The notes: a model not told the origin generated them from the sequence alone. Shown: positions 28,683 through 38,356, counted from the stretch's first letter. The stretch: DNA of 64,000 nt from Desulfobacterales bacterium (GCA_963668645.2 CAXXWC010000003.1:32001-96000), one strand, 5' to 3'. Translations and numbers: made by a program.

Positions 28683-30784
28683 CTTCGCCCTCCGGTGATC
28701 ACCAGGCTGGACAGCTTGACGGCCACGAGCAGGCCGGCGGCATGAAAAAGCCCATAGTAGGGGATCAGGACCACACTGACCAGCAAGGCCCCCAGGGCCG
28801 CGCCGAGCAGATCGGCGCCGAAGGCCGAAGCCGCGCTGGAAAGCCGGTCCCCCCCCAGCCGTACCGCCGCGGGAAACTGTAGACCGCAGGCCGATGAGAG
28901 CAGGAGTCCGAAAGCGGCGAAAACGGCAAAGGGAAGATCTCCGGGCTCCCGGGCCAGCAGCCAGACAAAGGCCCCCATCAATCCGATGAGGGCCAGATCC
29001 CCGATCAGCAAGAGACGCCAGGGGTCGACCCGGGTGCGGTTTGCCCACCAGGCGCCCGGGAGCAAGCCGGCCAGAAAGACGGTCACGATGAACCCCAACT
29101 GGTGATAGATATAGCCGAACACCACCTGGAAGGCAAAAATCGTCAGGATCATGCCACCCATGAGCATGGCGCCGGTGGACATCAAGACGTATTCGGCCGC
29201 ACTCATGCGTACGGCCCAGGCTGCGGCCAGCGCCAGCACGGCCAGGGCGAAGCCCAGCGGCGAAGTGGTGAACTTTTCGAACCAGGCGTCAAAGAGGATG
29301 CGCACCAGGTGCGGCCTCATGTCGCTGTTGATCGGGGCTTCAGGGCAGAGCCGATCGGCAAGCGACGCGATCCGCCGGGGGTCGATTTCGCCGTGAAAAT
29401 AGGGACCGACATAAAGCGTATCGATCCCTTTGGCCGCCAGGCGCTCGGGGATATCCAGCGCGATGGAAGCCTGGCGGCAGAGAAAGTGGACCTGCTCGCC
29501 GGGCAGGGCCCGGACATGGGTGAAATGGCGCCGGGCGGTGGCCCGGAGCACCGAAAGCTTCAGGCGCTGGGCATCGCTGAGGTAGTTGGCATAGCCTTGG
29601 ACCGAAAACCCCAACACCCCTCCCGGAGCAAGGCGTGCGGCGGCCAGTTGGAAAAATTGCTCCGTGAAGAAACGGTTGACCTGGAAGGTATCCGGCTCCG
29701 GCATACTGACCACGATGGCGTCGTAGGGTTGCCCCCCGGCCGCCAGATAGGCCCGCCCGTCCTGGTAGATGGTGTTCAGCGGTGCGATGGGGCGCAGCAG
29801 GCCGAAGGCGAAATGGACCCGCGCCGCCTGCGGATCGATCTCCAGGTAGTCGACGCTTTCCAGGTGGTACTTGTCCAGTTCGGCCAGCATCCCCGCCTGG
29901 GCCCCGATCAGCAGCACCCGCCGGGGCCGCTCGCAAAGGGCCAGGGGATAATGCACGGCCGCTTCGGCCGCGGCCGGATCGTAGGAACTGGCGCTGGGCC
30001 GCCCGTCGCGAAAGAGGGTCACCTGGTCCTGATCGCGATAGACGGTCAGGCGCCCGAAACGGGTTTCTTCGTAGTGCACCAGCCGGCCCTGTCGATGCGC
30101 CAGGGAGCCTTGCTCCCAAACCAACCCCGCGGCGAAAATTCCCCCAACCAGCCCTCCCGCGATCAGCATCCCCGGCAGACGGCTTCCCTGCAGCCGCATC
30201 AACCGCAAGGAAGCGGCCAGCAGGGGCACTCCAGCCAGGACCAGGGCGGTCAGCGGAGAGGTCCACCAGACCAGCACGAAGGCAAAAAAAAGGCCGCCGA
30301 TCACATCACCGGCGTTGTCCAGAATATAGGCCCGGGCCGCTGACGTGGCCGGCTCCATGCCCCGCAGCACCCCCAGGGCCCGGGGCACCAGGTACCCGGC
30401 GGCAAAGCTGTAGGGCGAGCCGGTGAGCAGAATAAAACCCAGGGTCTGATAGAATCCGACACTGCTGCCAGGCAGGAAAAGCCGCTGGCGTAGCAAACGG
30501 ATGGCCAGAATCTGGATGACCGGCAGCACCGCCATGATCAGGGCCAGAAAGCTCAGGCGAAACGCATCCTGCTGAGGGCGCGCCCTGCAGCCGGCCAGCC
30601 GGGAGGCCCAGGCACCAAGCCCGCCGGCCCCGAGCCAGCCGAACAGATTCAGGGCAATAACGAACTCGTTGCCGCTGAACTGGGCCAGAAACTCGCGGGT
30701 CGTCACCAGTTGCACAACCGTGGCGCCGATTCCGGCCGCAAGGATGACAGCTTCCACGGCGCGCACGGATTTGGCCTCAAACAT
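28670..30784 (-). CDS. Membrane-fused spermidine-synthase-like (class I SAM/dcSAM-binding) protein
   Basis: N- and C-terminal TM bundles (REFLAQFSGNE; FQVVFGYIY; ADLLGAALG) around a Rossmann core (VLLIG, YLEIDP, DGRAYL, YDAIVV.MPEP). Confidence 0.8.
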   Translation of the reverse strand: MFEAKSVRAVEAVILAAGIGATVVQLVTTREFLAQFSGNEFVIALNLFGWLGAGGLGAWASRLAGCRARPQQDAFRLSFLALIMAVLPVIQILAIRLLRQRLFLPGSSVGFYQTLGFILLTGSPYSFAAGYLVPRALGVLRGMEPATSAARAYILDNAGDVIGGLFFAFVLVWWTSPLTALVLAGVPLLAASLRLMRLQGSRLPGMLIAGGLVGGIFAAGLVWEQGSLAHRQGRLVHYEETRFGRLTVYRDQDQVTLFRDGRPSASSYDPAAAEAAVHYPLALCERPRRVLLIGAQAGMLAELDKYHLESVDYLEIDPQAARVHFAFGLLRPIAPLNTIYQDGRAYLAAGGQPYDAIVVSMPEPDTFQVNRFFTEQFFQLAAARLAPGGVLGFSVQGYANYLSDAQRLKLSVLRATARRHFTHVRALPGEQVHFLCRQASIALDIPERLAAKGIDTLYVGPYFHGEIDPRRIASLADRLCPEAPINSDMRPHLVRILFDAWFEKFTTSPLGFALAVLALAAAWAVRMSAAEYVLMSTGAMLMGGMILTIFAFQVVFGYIYHQLGFIVTVFLAGLLPGAWWANRTRVDPWRLLLIGDLALIGLMGAFVWLLAREPGDLPFAVFAAFGLLLSSACGLQFPAAVRLGGDRLSSAASAFGADLLGAALGALLVSVVLIPYYGLFHAAGLLVAVKLSSLVITGGRRWKT

Positions 30785-30843
30785 GGCGATGGGTGCTCTT
30801 CGTGGTTGTGGGCCTCCCGCCCGGCAGAAACGCTATCCCCGGT

Positions 30844-32346
30844 TTAATGGGCCTTCGATTCTTCGAAGGCCTTCACCTGATAGGTCTGCACGGTCAGGTC
30901 GCCCCGGCGCCAGGCATCGGCCGCCATTCCGGCCTTGCGGCAAAGGTGGGACAAGAAGTCCTCCACCCGCGGCAGCTGTTCCCAGACCTGGGGCAGGAAG
31001 GTGGCCCCTTGATTGCCCTTGCGGATGATCAGACCGTCGATTCCCGGGCGCAGCAACACCTTGAGTTCATCGGCATTGCGGTATTCCAGCGGTGCCGGAG
31101 GGGTGAGAATGCTGACTTCGACCTGGACTTTTTCCAGCTCCTCGGCCTTCAGGGGTGAAAAACGCCAGTCTCGAAAGGCGGCATTGATGGCGTTGCTGCG
31201 CACACTTTTGAAGATGGCTTCGCGCGGTTCCAACGACCCGATACATCCACGCAACTGGCCGTTGATCTTCAGCGTTACGAAAGTGCCGCTCGGCCGCTTC
31301 AAGGCGGGATCCGCCGCAGCCCGTGGGCCGGCATCCTCATCTGCCAAAGGCTGATCGAGGTGCCGGGCGATGGTTTGGCGGGCCAGTTGAATCAGCAGGC
31401 GCCCCTGCTCCTCGCTCAGAACGTCGGGCGACCGGTTCGGACGGATGGGTTCATTCATGACATCATCTCCATAAAAAGCCACCGCGGCATATCCGACCAC
31501 CCGAGCCGGATCTCCGGCCGTATCGGCGCTGGTGGCGTAGTTGACGATCATCGGGTGCCAGTTTCGCCTTCTGGCGATAGTCACCAGTACCGCCAGAGGA
31601 AAACGGCCGCAGGCGGAGTTGTCCCTGGCGACCAGGGCCGTGGCATCCAGATCGACCAGACTCTCCAGGGTCTCACGATCATGCCGGTGGGCCTCCCGGT
31701 CCGGCAGGTAATGGGAAAGATCGCTGCTGACCACCAGCAGCGTACCGGCATCCAGGATCGACTCCAGGACCCCGGCCAGGGCGTCGACGTCGCAAGGCCC
31801 CATGATAACCGGGACCAGAGCGAATTCGGGCAGCGCGTACTGCAAAAAAGGGAGCACCACTTCGAGGCAGTGCTCCCGGCGGTCCGCATCGGCTGGCATG
31901 GCTGCGAAAAGCGGCGAGCGGCAAAGGCGCCGGGCATCGGTATGAACCGGCACCGTCCCCAGGGGAGTCTGCCAGGCATCGGCTGTACTGACGGCAGCAT
32001 CGTTCAATCCCACCCGATGGTCGGGTCCGATGAGCAACACCTTGCCGTAGTGCCGGCCCCGGAGCAGACGGGCACCTTGCGCGGCCACAGGCCCGCTGTA
32101 AACGAACCCGGCATGGGGCATGACCAGGGCCCGCAAGTGCGACTCGGGGGGAATGGACGCCTTCGGGCCGGCATCCCGGGCCATCAGGTGATCGAGCAGC
32201 GCTTTGAGTTCGAGGGGATCAGCAGGGTAAAAACCGCCGGCCCACACCGCCGGTCGCATCTCATCGGCTGGAGCTGGTGCCGCTGCGCCCGAAACAAGCG
32301 CCAACGCCAATACGGCGGCCAGAAGGCGTGGGGTGAACAGATCCAT
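30844..32346 (-). CDS. amrB: AmmeMemoRadiSam protein B (Memo) fused to protein A (AMMECR1), with signal peptide
   Basis: Memo: RPAVWAGGFYP, PHAG, GPDH, EHCLEV, SSDLSHY. AMMECR1: GTFVTL, LRGCIG, VSILT, ATFLPQVW, LCRKAG. N-terminal RLLAAVLALALVSGAAAPAPA. Confidence 0.92.
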   Translation of the reverse strand: MDLFTPRLLAAVLALALVSGAAAPAPADEMRPAVWAGGFYPADPLELKALLDHLMARDAGPKASIPPESHLRALVMPHAGFVYSGPVAAQGARLLRGRHYGKVLLIGPDHRVGLNDAAVSTADAWQTPLGTVPVHTDARRLCRSPLFAAMPADADRREHCLEVVLPFLQYALPEFALVPVIMGPCDVDALAGVLESILDAGTLLVVSSDLSHYLPDREAHRHDRETLESLVDLDATALVARDNSACGRFPLAVLVTIARRRNWHPMIVNYATSADTAGDPARVVGYAAVAFYGDDVMNEPIRPNRSPDVLSEEQGRLLIQLARQTIARHLDQPLADEDAGPRAAADPALKRPSGTFVTLKINGQLRGCIGSLEPREAIFKSVRSNAINAAFRDWRFSPLKAEELEKVQVEVSILTPPAPLEYRNADELKVLLRPGIDGLIIRKGNQGATFLPQVWEQLPRVEDFLSHLCRKAGMAADAWRRGDLTVQTYQVKAFEESKAH

Positions 32347-32405
32347 GATGGGAAAAGGCCGCTTGCCATCCAGCGGCAACGCAACCCGCCTTTCCGGGCA
32401 AGCAT

Positions 32406-32837
32406 CTATTTTGACGATGACTTCTTTTGTCGCGGGGTGCTGAGTGGGGTCGGCTTATCGACGAACTCCACCGAGACGCTGGCCACGCCCGCGAGCTGTT
32501 CGATGTTGGCCGTGGCCTCGAAAGAACCGGCCTCACCGTGGCCGAAAACCTTCTTCTGATTCACCTCCGCTTCCATCGCGTGAAGCGGTTGGTCATTACC
32601 GTCGCGGTAGTAGATGATCACATACCCTCTGACCGGCGCATGGCTGCGGTTGCGGATCCGGCCGCTGACATAGATCACTCGCCCATCGGCCTGGAGTTCG
32701 GCCCTCAGATCCTCCAGCTCGTAACGCGGGGCGGCGAAGGCCAGCGGCTGTTCGCTGACCTGCCCCGCCTCAACGATCAGGGCGCTAACCAGCAAAATAC
32801 TCGACAATACCAGGCAAATTGCGCACCGTTGTGGCAT
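32406..32837 (-). CDS. Small exported protein (FxLYD-like beta-sandwich)
   Basis: Signal peptide ending VEA; VSGRIRNRS...IIYYRD...GEAGSF pattern. Confidence 0.6.
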   Translation of the reverse strand: MPQRCAICLVLSSILLVSALIVEAGQVSEQPLAFAAPRYELEDLRAELQADGRVIYVSGRIRNRSHAPVRGYVIIYYRDGNDQPLHAMEAEVNQKKVFGHGEAGSFEATANIEQLAGVASVSVEFVDKPTPLSTPRQKKSSSK

Positions 32838-32910
32838 GAAGTCGACTCCTCACTTCCGCTCGATGGATCTTCGTCGACGCCACCCTTTGGTTATATATAA
32901 GAGTGGCATC

Positions 32911-32939
32911 ACTATAGTGGCAACCGTCGGCAAAGTCAA
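32911..32939 (-). promoter_or_regulatory. Sigma70-type promoter upstream of the amr sub-operon
   Basis: On the minus strand TTGACT (32939-32934), 17 bp spacer, TATAGT (32916-32911). Confidence 0.65.
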
Positions 32940-32961
32940 AAACAATGGAATAGAGTCGATC

Positions 32962-34638
32962 CTAAGGCAACTTGAACGTCATCGACTCGGGAATCTGCCC
33001 GCCCGGATTGACGAATTCGGGAATCACGGCCGCCCGCTTCGGATCGCTCAGTCCGGAAAGCCAAACCGGCGGGCTGTCCCGGCCCTGGGCATCCACGTGC
33101 GCCAGAAAAAGTTCGGTGTATGGCGTATTCACCTTGGAGGTAAACACGACCCAGCGGCTGTTGGGCGACCAGCTGTGCCAGGAATTGTAAAAAGCCGTAT
33201 TGCAGCGCATCAAACGGGCCTGACCGCCGCCTGAGGCAACGATCATCAAACGGCTGTCCGGCTGGCCGACCATGCCGGTGGCGCTTTGGGTAAAGACGAT
33301 CCAGCGGCCGTCGGGGGACACGCGCGGAAAATAGTTGCTGTAGCCGTTTGCGCTGGCTCCGGCCAAGGGTTCGGGAATCCCGCCACGGCCGCCGGAAAAT
33401 GGGACCTGGTAGATGTCGAAACGGATCCGGTACTGGGTGTTCAGGGTCTGGATATCGGTTCCCGGAGCCACGGACAGCAACCGCCGGTCTCCCATTACGG
33501 CATGCAGGCGAAAATCCAGGGGCGCGCGCGCGAAAAAGACCTTGGCCCCATCCGGGCTCCACTCCGGGCTGGCCTGGACAAAGCCGGCCTCGTCTGCCCC
33601 CGCCAAGAGCGCCATCTTGCGCGTGACCCGGTCATACCAGGCAAGGCGCCCGCTGATGGGGAAAAAGAGCTGGGAAAAATCGACGTGATCCAAAATGGCC
33701 ATAAACGGCTTTTCCCCGACACTGGCCAAGGCATAGCGGCCGTCGGGGGAAAGTTTGGTAAAAAGGCCCATGTTGGGCAGGTTCCGGGTCACCTTGAGAT
33801 CGTTCCAACTGATCACGTCTTGGGCGCTCAGTTCCATCCTGGACGCCGTGGCTGCCATCAGGTAGCCGCCTTTGTCGCCGTGGTAGTCGATATCCAGGCC
33901 GAAGGTCCGCCCATCGGCTGAGAAGGCGTGGCACAGGGCGCAGGTGGGTGGATTGCTCAACACGACCCGGGCGGACTCCGGGCGGCTCAAGTCGGCCTTG
34001 AGCCAACGAAACTGGTCCACATGTTTTTGCGCATAGGCGAACGGCAGGGGAATCTGTTGAAAAAAGACCGGTGCGCCGACCGGATCGGTGGAAGTTCTGA
34101 ACTCCACCGCAGCCTTGGAAACGACCCGTGAAAGATCGCCGGCAACCCCATAAACGCTCACAGCGGCCGGAGCTTCGAGGCTCTGGGCCTTGATCCATTC
34201 CCACAATTGGGCAGGCGGCTGCCAGCGGGGCCGGCCGCAAAGCACTCGGATCTCGCGTTCGCTGCCCTGCACCCGCAACCGCACCAGCCATCGGCGTACC
34301 CCGGGCGATTCATCTTTCCAGACAAAATCCGGCGGCGCCAGGTCTCGGGGAAAAAGTGCACCCTGGACAGGATGCTGGAAGGTAATGGCGCGGGCCGGCG
34401 CCTGTTCCCCGGCCGCCCCCATGACCGCATCTATACGAGCGGCCACCTCTTGCAGGGCCCCATCCCGCCACCCCAACCCCTCTGCCTGAATGAAATGACC
34501 CGCGATAATGCCTTGGGAAACCGGAGGCGCCGCACAACCGGTCCAGCCCAACACCGCAAGCACCAGGAGCCAGAATCCGGCGGCGGCGGTAGCGCAAAAA
34601 CCTTTCCCGGCAGCACCTGGAGACAAGATTCGCTCCAT
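32962..34638 (-). CDS. TolB-like/PD40 beta-propeller lipoprotein
   Basis: Lipobox-like WTGC; repeats SPDGRY, PEWSPDG, PRVSPDGRWIVF, HSWSPNSRWVVFTS; contains CALCH. Confidence 0.8.
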   Translation of the reverse strand: MERILSPGAAGKGFCATAAAGFWLLVLAVLGWTGCAAPPVSQGIIAGHFIQAEGLGWRDGALQEVAARIDAVMGAAGEQAPARAITFQHPVQGALFPRDLAPPDFVWKDESPGVRRWLVRLRVQGSEREIRVLCGRPRWQPPAQLWEWIKAQSLEAPAAVSVYGVAGDLSRVVSKAAVEFRTSTDPVGAPVFFQQIPLPFAYAQKHVDQFRWLKADLSRPESARVVLSNPPTCALCHAFSADGRTFGLDIDYHGDKGGYLMAATASRMELSAQDVISWNDLKVTRNLPNMGLFTKLSPDGRYALASVGEKPFMAILDHVDFSQLFFPISGRLAWYDRVTRKMALLAGADEAGFVQASPEWSPDGAKVFFARAPLDFRLHAVMGDRRLLSVAPGTDIQTLNTQYRIRFDIYQVPFSGGRGGIPEPLAGASANGYSNYFPRVSPDGRWIVFTQSATGMVGQPDSRLMIVASGGGQARLMRCNTAFYNSWHSWSPNSRWVVFTSKVNTPYTELFLAHVDAQGRDSPPVWLSGLSDPKRAAVIPEFVNPGGQIPESMTFKLP

Positions 34639-35762
34639 CAGTTCAAGTGGCAGTCGACCCGTTGCGGGGCAAAATCGGTGACATCCATGCGCCGGGTGCC
34701 GACGGTGATTCCGTCAAGGGCCATCGCCAGTTCTTCACTGGTTCCCTTGAAGCGCAGATCGAAGGCTAAAATTCCTCCGGCCTTGTTCCATCCTTCCTTG
34801 GTGCTGCTGGTCACCTGTTCGAGGCTTTCGATGCGCTGGCTCACCGCCTTGAAATCGGCAAAAGATTTCACGCCGGTAATCTGGAGCTTGACCGGGAGGC
34901 CGTTGTTGAGAAAATTCTGGAACGAATCGGTAATGGCGTTGACCAGATAGTCCTCGCCGGCCCTCTGGGCGGCTTTCTGGAAGGCGTTGGTGGCCCCGGT
35001 CAGGGGGCTGATATGGGCTGCGACGGTATTTTTCACCACCGACCCGATTACTGCCGCCGTCTGGGTCTGGATTACCCGAAGCTGTAAACTGGCCTGGATC
35101 GATCGGAGCCCGGTGCCGGCCACCGCCTCGCCCGCATCCTGGGCCACCGCCTTGCCGACCACCACGTACTGGGCCCCGAAATTGGCGCCAAGGGCCGCGG
35201 CGGCCCCGTCGTTGCCCGCCAGGGCCTGGCGCGCCTGATCCTTGGCCAGCACCTTTTGCAGCTGGGCCTCGTCCACCAGTTCGAAGCCCTTGGCCCTGAG
35301 CAGGGAACTCATCTCGGTGGCGGCGATCCCCATGCCGAGGTGGTCCATGTTCTTGTAGTCCTCCTCGATCAGCACCAGAAGTTTGGGGCGCTCCATGGCT
35401 TCAAGGAGCACCTTCATGGCGATCAAGTCGTCCTTGATCTTGTCCAGCGACACCCGGGCCCGGATTTTGACCTCGAAGACATCCCCGGCCTTGCGGTCCA
35501 CCAACAGGTCATAACCGCGCACATATCCCTCGGTGTGGGAAAAAACCCGGTCTTTGACCAAGGCAAAGTTCTTCACCTCGGTTTCCGATTTCACATATAC
35601 CCCGACCCCTTCCTCCACGGCCGCCCGCATGGCCTGGCGAATCGCATCGGAGCGCGACACGCTGCTCATCCCCTCGGTGGTGACGACCTTTTCCTCGGCC
35701 CCGGCGGCTCCCGCAAAAAGCAAAAAAACCGCCAGCATCCCTAAAGCGAAGGCTCCTTTCAT
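34638..35762 (-). CDS. Exported protein with FlgT N-terminal-like domain
   Basis: Signal peptide; RSDAIRQAMRAAVEEGVGVYVKSETEVKNF...GYVRGY pattern. Confidence 0.7.
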   Translation of the reverse strand: MKGAFALGMLAVFLLFAGAAGAEEKVVTTEGMSSVSRSDAIRQAMRAAVEEGVGVYVKSETEVKNFALVKDRVFSHTEGYVRGYDLLVDRKAGDVFEVKIRARVSLDKIKDDLIAMKVLLEAMERPKLLVLIEEDYKNMDHLGMGIAATEMSSLLRAKGFELVDEAQLQKVLAKDQARQALAGNDGAAAALGANFGAQYVVVGKAVAQDAGEAVAGTGLRSIQASLQLRVIQTQTAAVIGSVVKNTVAAHISPLTGATNAFQKAAQRAGEDYLVNAITDSFQNFLNNGLPVKLQITGVKSFADFKAVSQRIESLEQVTSSTKEGWNKAGGILAFDLRFKGTSEELAMALDGITVGTRRMDVTDFAPQRVDCHLN

Positions 35763-35766
35763 GACC

Positions 35767-36507
35767 TCACAGCCCTTTCACGTTGGCCACCTGCTTCTGG
35801 TAGTTGGAATCCAGGGCCACGGCCCGGTCGAAAAGCCGGCGCGCCTCGGCCTTGTCACCGTGATCCAGGGCGTCCAGCCCCTGGGAAAAATAGAGTGCCG
35901 CACTGATATCGCTGCCGGTACCGGCCGCCGGCGGCTGGAGGGTAATGCGCAGGCTGCGGCCGATGCGCCGCGCCAAATCTTGTTGCAGGCCGATAAACTC
36001 GTTGCTGCGGCCGGCGATGGATTCGGCCATGAGCATCTCGCTGGTCTCGACCTTGACGATGCGAACGTCGATGCGCACCTGATCCATCAAGACCATAAAA
36101 GAGCCGAAAGCGATGGTTTGAGCGCCGAGAATCCTTCCCACCCGCACGGCGGTCTCCTTGTCCACGCTGCCGCTCTGGCCCAGGGCCACTTCCTTGAGCA
36201 GGGCCTGGATCTTTTCGCGTTCGATGATCTTGACCGTGGTGCCGCTCTTTTGCAGATCGGTGATCAGCATAGCCGCCAGCCCCCGGGTCAGCGGCTCGTA
36301 ACGCGCGGCGTCGGTGACCGAATTGTTTTCAAAGGGCAAGATCGCCAGGGTTTTGGGAATCTCGTCGATCACCGGCCCCGAGGTCACTTCCTGCGGCCCT
36401 TGAGCGACGGGCGGCGCCACACAGGCTGCCAGGAACGCCGCGGCGGCGAGCATCACCGTCCCCAAAAATCTGGCGCGAGTCTTGATCATGGAACAAGGGT
36501 AAACCAT
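35767..36507 (-). CDS. CsgG/HfaB-family lipoprotein with C-terminal TPR
   Basis: Lipobox LAAC; LAILPFEN, IIERE...LKEVALGQSG.VD..TAVRVGRILGA. Confidence 0.82.
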   Translation of the reverse strand: MVYPCSMIKTRARFLGTVMLAAAAFLAACVAPPVAQGPQEVTSGPVIDEIPKTLAILPFENNSVTDAARYEPLTRGLAAMLITDLQKSGTTVKIIEREKIQALLKEVALGQSGSVDKETAVRVGRILGAQTIAFGSFMVLMDQVRIDVRIVKVETSEMLMAESIAGRSNEFIGLQQDLARRIGRSLRITLQPPAAGTGSDISAALYFSQGLDALDHGDKAEARRLFDRAVALDSNYQKQVANVKGL

Positions 36508-36581
36508 TTCCTCATTTCCTCCGCAGTGAAGGGAATCACAGAATATCCGTGCACTCGATGAATGGCGCCGCTCATGTCCCT

Positions 36582-37814
36582 TTAGTAGCCACCGCCGCCG
36601 CCACCGCTAACAGCGGCATCCGCCGCATCGGCCGCGGCCTGCGCCGCTTCGGCCTGGCCAATGGCCGCTTCGAAATGGGCGATCAACTGGGTCATGGGCA
36701 TGGCGGCCAGTGCGGCGGGCGCCGGGGCATCGTTGCCCGGGGTCGCATCGAGCCCCCGGCGGGCCAACTCGAATTCCGGATCCTCCTCCAGCGCCTGGAA
36801 GAAGAGGTTGCGGGCGCTTTCGTAGCGGCCTGCATCAAGGGCTTCCAGGGCCTGGCCGTAGTAGGTGAACGCCTTGAAGTTTTTGGTATGGGCAACGCCG
36901 ATGGCAGCGACTTCCGCAGGACTCAACACGATCCCGGCGATGTCAGCCATCGCCTTGATCAAACCGGCGGGAAGCGCATAAAACGCTTCGGTAGGCACCG
37001 ACATCTGGGTTGAGCCGACCACCGCGGCCCGGGCCGTTGATGTCAGGCTCATGGCCGTCTGGATGCTGCCGCCGGCCAAGGAGCCGACCATCAGTTTTTC
37101 CGCACCCAACAATCGGCCCACCCGCGGCGCACTCTTGGCATCTATGATCCCGGTCTGTCCCAGCCGCATTTCAGACAAAAGCGCCTGGAGGCGCAAGCGT
37201 TCGATCACCTTGAAATATTTCACCTTGCCCAGGTCCGCAGTCACCATGGCGGCCAGGCCTTTTTGAAAAGCCGCCAAACGCCTGTCCGGGGTCAGGTCGT
37301 CGAAATAGCAAACCGCCACGGTATTCGGCGCTGCGGGGAGCGTTCCGAGGGCCGCTTCCTGAGCCAAAGCTGCTTGGGCCATCTTGTGGCCGTGGGCGAT
37401 CTGGACCAGGGTCAACTGGCGCCGGATTTCAGCCTGCACCAAGGGCTTGCCCGGATTGGTGTAGCCCTGCCAGACCTCGATGGCCCTGCCGACCTGGTCC
37501 TTGGCGGCATAGGCCATGCCCAGATACAGGGTCGCCAGCGGTTCCCCAGGATTTGAGGCAAGAGCCTTCTCGAACTCGGCGATGGCCGGATCGATCTGCC
37601 CGGTCTTGTAAAGCGCAAAACCGAGCTTGGCCCTGGCAACACAGTCGCCCGGATTGGCGCTCAAGGCCTCCTGAAAAAGCGCAATCGCTTCGGGATACTG
37701 CTGATTCTGCAACCGTAAATCACCCTGGACCATTTGAAGCTGCCCGGCGCAACCGGTGATCAGCAACAAAACCGTCACCCCGCAACACCGAAGTATCCAC
37801 CCTCGTTTGTTCAT
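36582..37814 (-). CDS. TPR + CsgG/HfaB-family lipoprotein
   Basis: RBS AGGAGGA before ATG 37814; lipobox ITGC; TPR repeats; VIERLRLQALLSEMRLGQTG..D..SAPRVGRLLGA; tail SGGGGGGY. Confidence 0.82.
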   Translation of the reverse strand: MNKRGWILRCCGVTVLLLITGCAGQLQMVQGDLRLQNQQYPEAIALFQEALSANPGDCVARAKLGFALYKTGQIDPAIAEFEKALASNPGEPLATLYLGMAYAAKDQVGRAIEVWQGYTNPGKPLVQAEIRRQLTLVQIAHGHKMAQAALAQEAALGTLPAAPNTVAVCYFDDLTPDRRLAAFQKGLAAMVTADLGKVKYFKVIERLRLQALLSEMRLGQTGIIDAKSAPRVGRLLGAEKLMVGSLAGGSIQTAMSLTSTARAAVVGSTQMSVPTEAFYALPAGLIKAMADIAGIVLSPAEVAAIGVAHTKNFKAFTYYGQALEALDAGRYESARNLFFQALEEDPEFELARRGLDATPGNDAPAPAALAAMPMTQLIAHFEAAIGQAEAAQAAADAADAAVSGGGGGGY

Positions 37815-37845
37815 TCCAAGTATCCTCCTGAAATCAAGGTTCATA

Positions 37846-37882
37846 CCACCGCGGCACGGGCAAACGATCCGTGCCGCGGTGG
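37846..37882. repeat. Perfect 14-bp inverted repeat (hairpin)
   Basis: CCACCGCGGCACGG (37846-37859) / CCGTGCCGCGGTGG (37869-37882), 9-nt loop. Confidence 0.85.
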
Positions 37883-38155
37883 CTTGGTGATGAAGACCGA
37901 TAGTTGTGCCACTCAGCCAGTGTCAAGGTACAATGGTCTGGATTGATTGGCAAGAAACTTTAAGTGGAACTAACCGCCCGCGGATAAGGCTTTCCGCAAC
38001 CAAACCGCGCCCGAACAGGGCGTGCGCCAGGCCCATGCAAAAGGGTCAGGAACTCAATCGTCTCATTCGTGGCAAAGGGCACCGGCGGCGCCCGAGTCGG
38101 GGTCTGGCGAAATTCTGGAACGGGCAGGCTTTCACCGGCCCGGGGGCAGTTCGGG

Positions 38156-38356
38156 TCAGGGCTTGAACGCGCCGGCCGGGGTTCGGGCGGAAGAATTGAA
38201 CAAAAAACGGTGGCGCAGCGCCAACAGTCGATCCAGGACCCGGTTGCGGGCTTCGAGGCTTAAGACGCAGATTCCCTCGTCGGGGCGCAAGGATTGGGGC
38301 TCCACAAGAAGATCGATCATATCGAAAAACAGTTTTTCCGGAATCTGAACTTCCAA
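38156..38356 (-). CDS. Small hypothetical protein
   Basis: 66-aa ORF with GGAGG RBS before a TTG start and protein-like composition. Confidence 0.5.
   Translation of the reverse strand: MEVQIPEKLFFDMIDLLVEPQSLRPDEGICVLSLEARNRVLDRLLALRHRFLFNSSARTPAGAFKP

Noticed and set aside
27507..29048. 513-aa extended version of the radical SAM ORF
   Set aside because: The extension overlaps the upstream gene out of frame; ATG 28682 gives a clean Tat signal and a normal short overlap.
34638..37814. Curli secretion or flagellar locus
   Set aside because: Only CsgG-fold and FlgT-N-like domains; no csgA/B/E/F or flagellar genes nearby.
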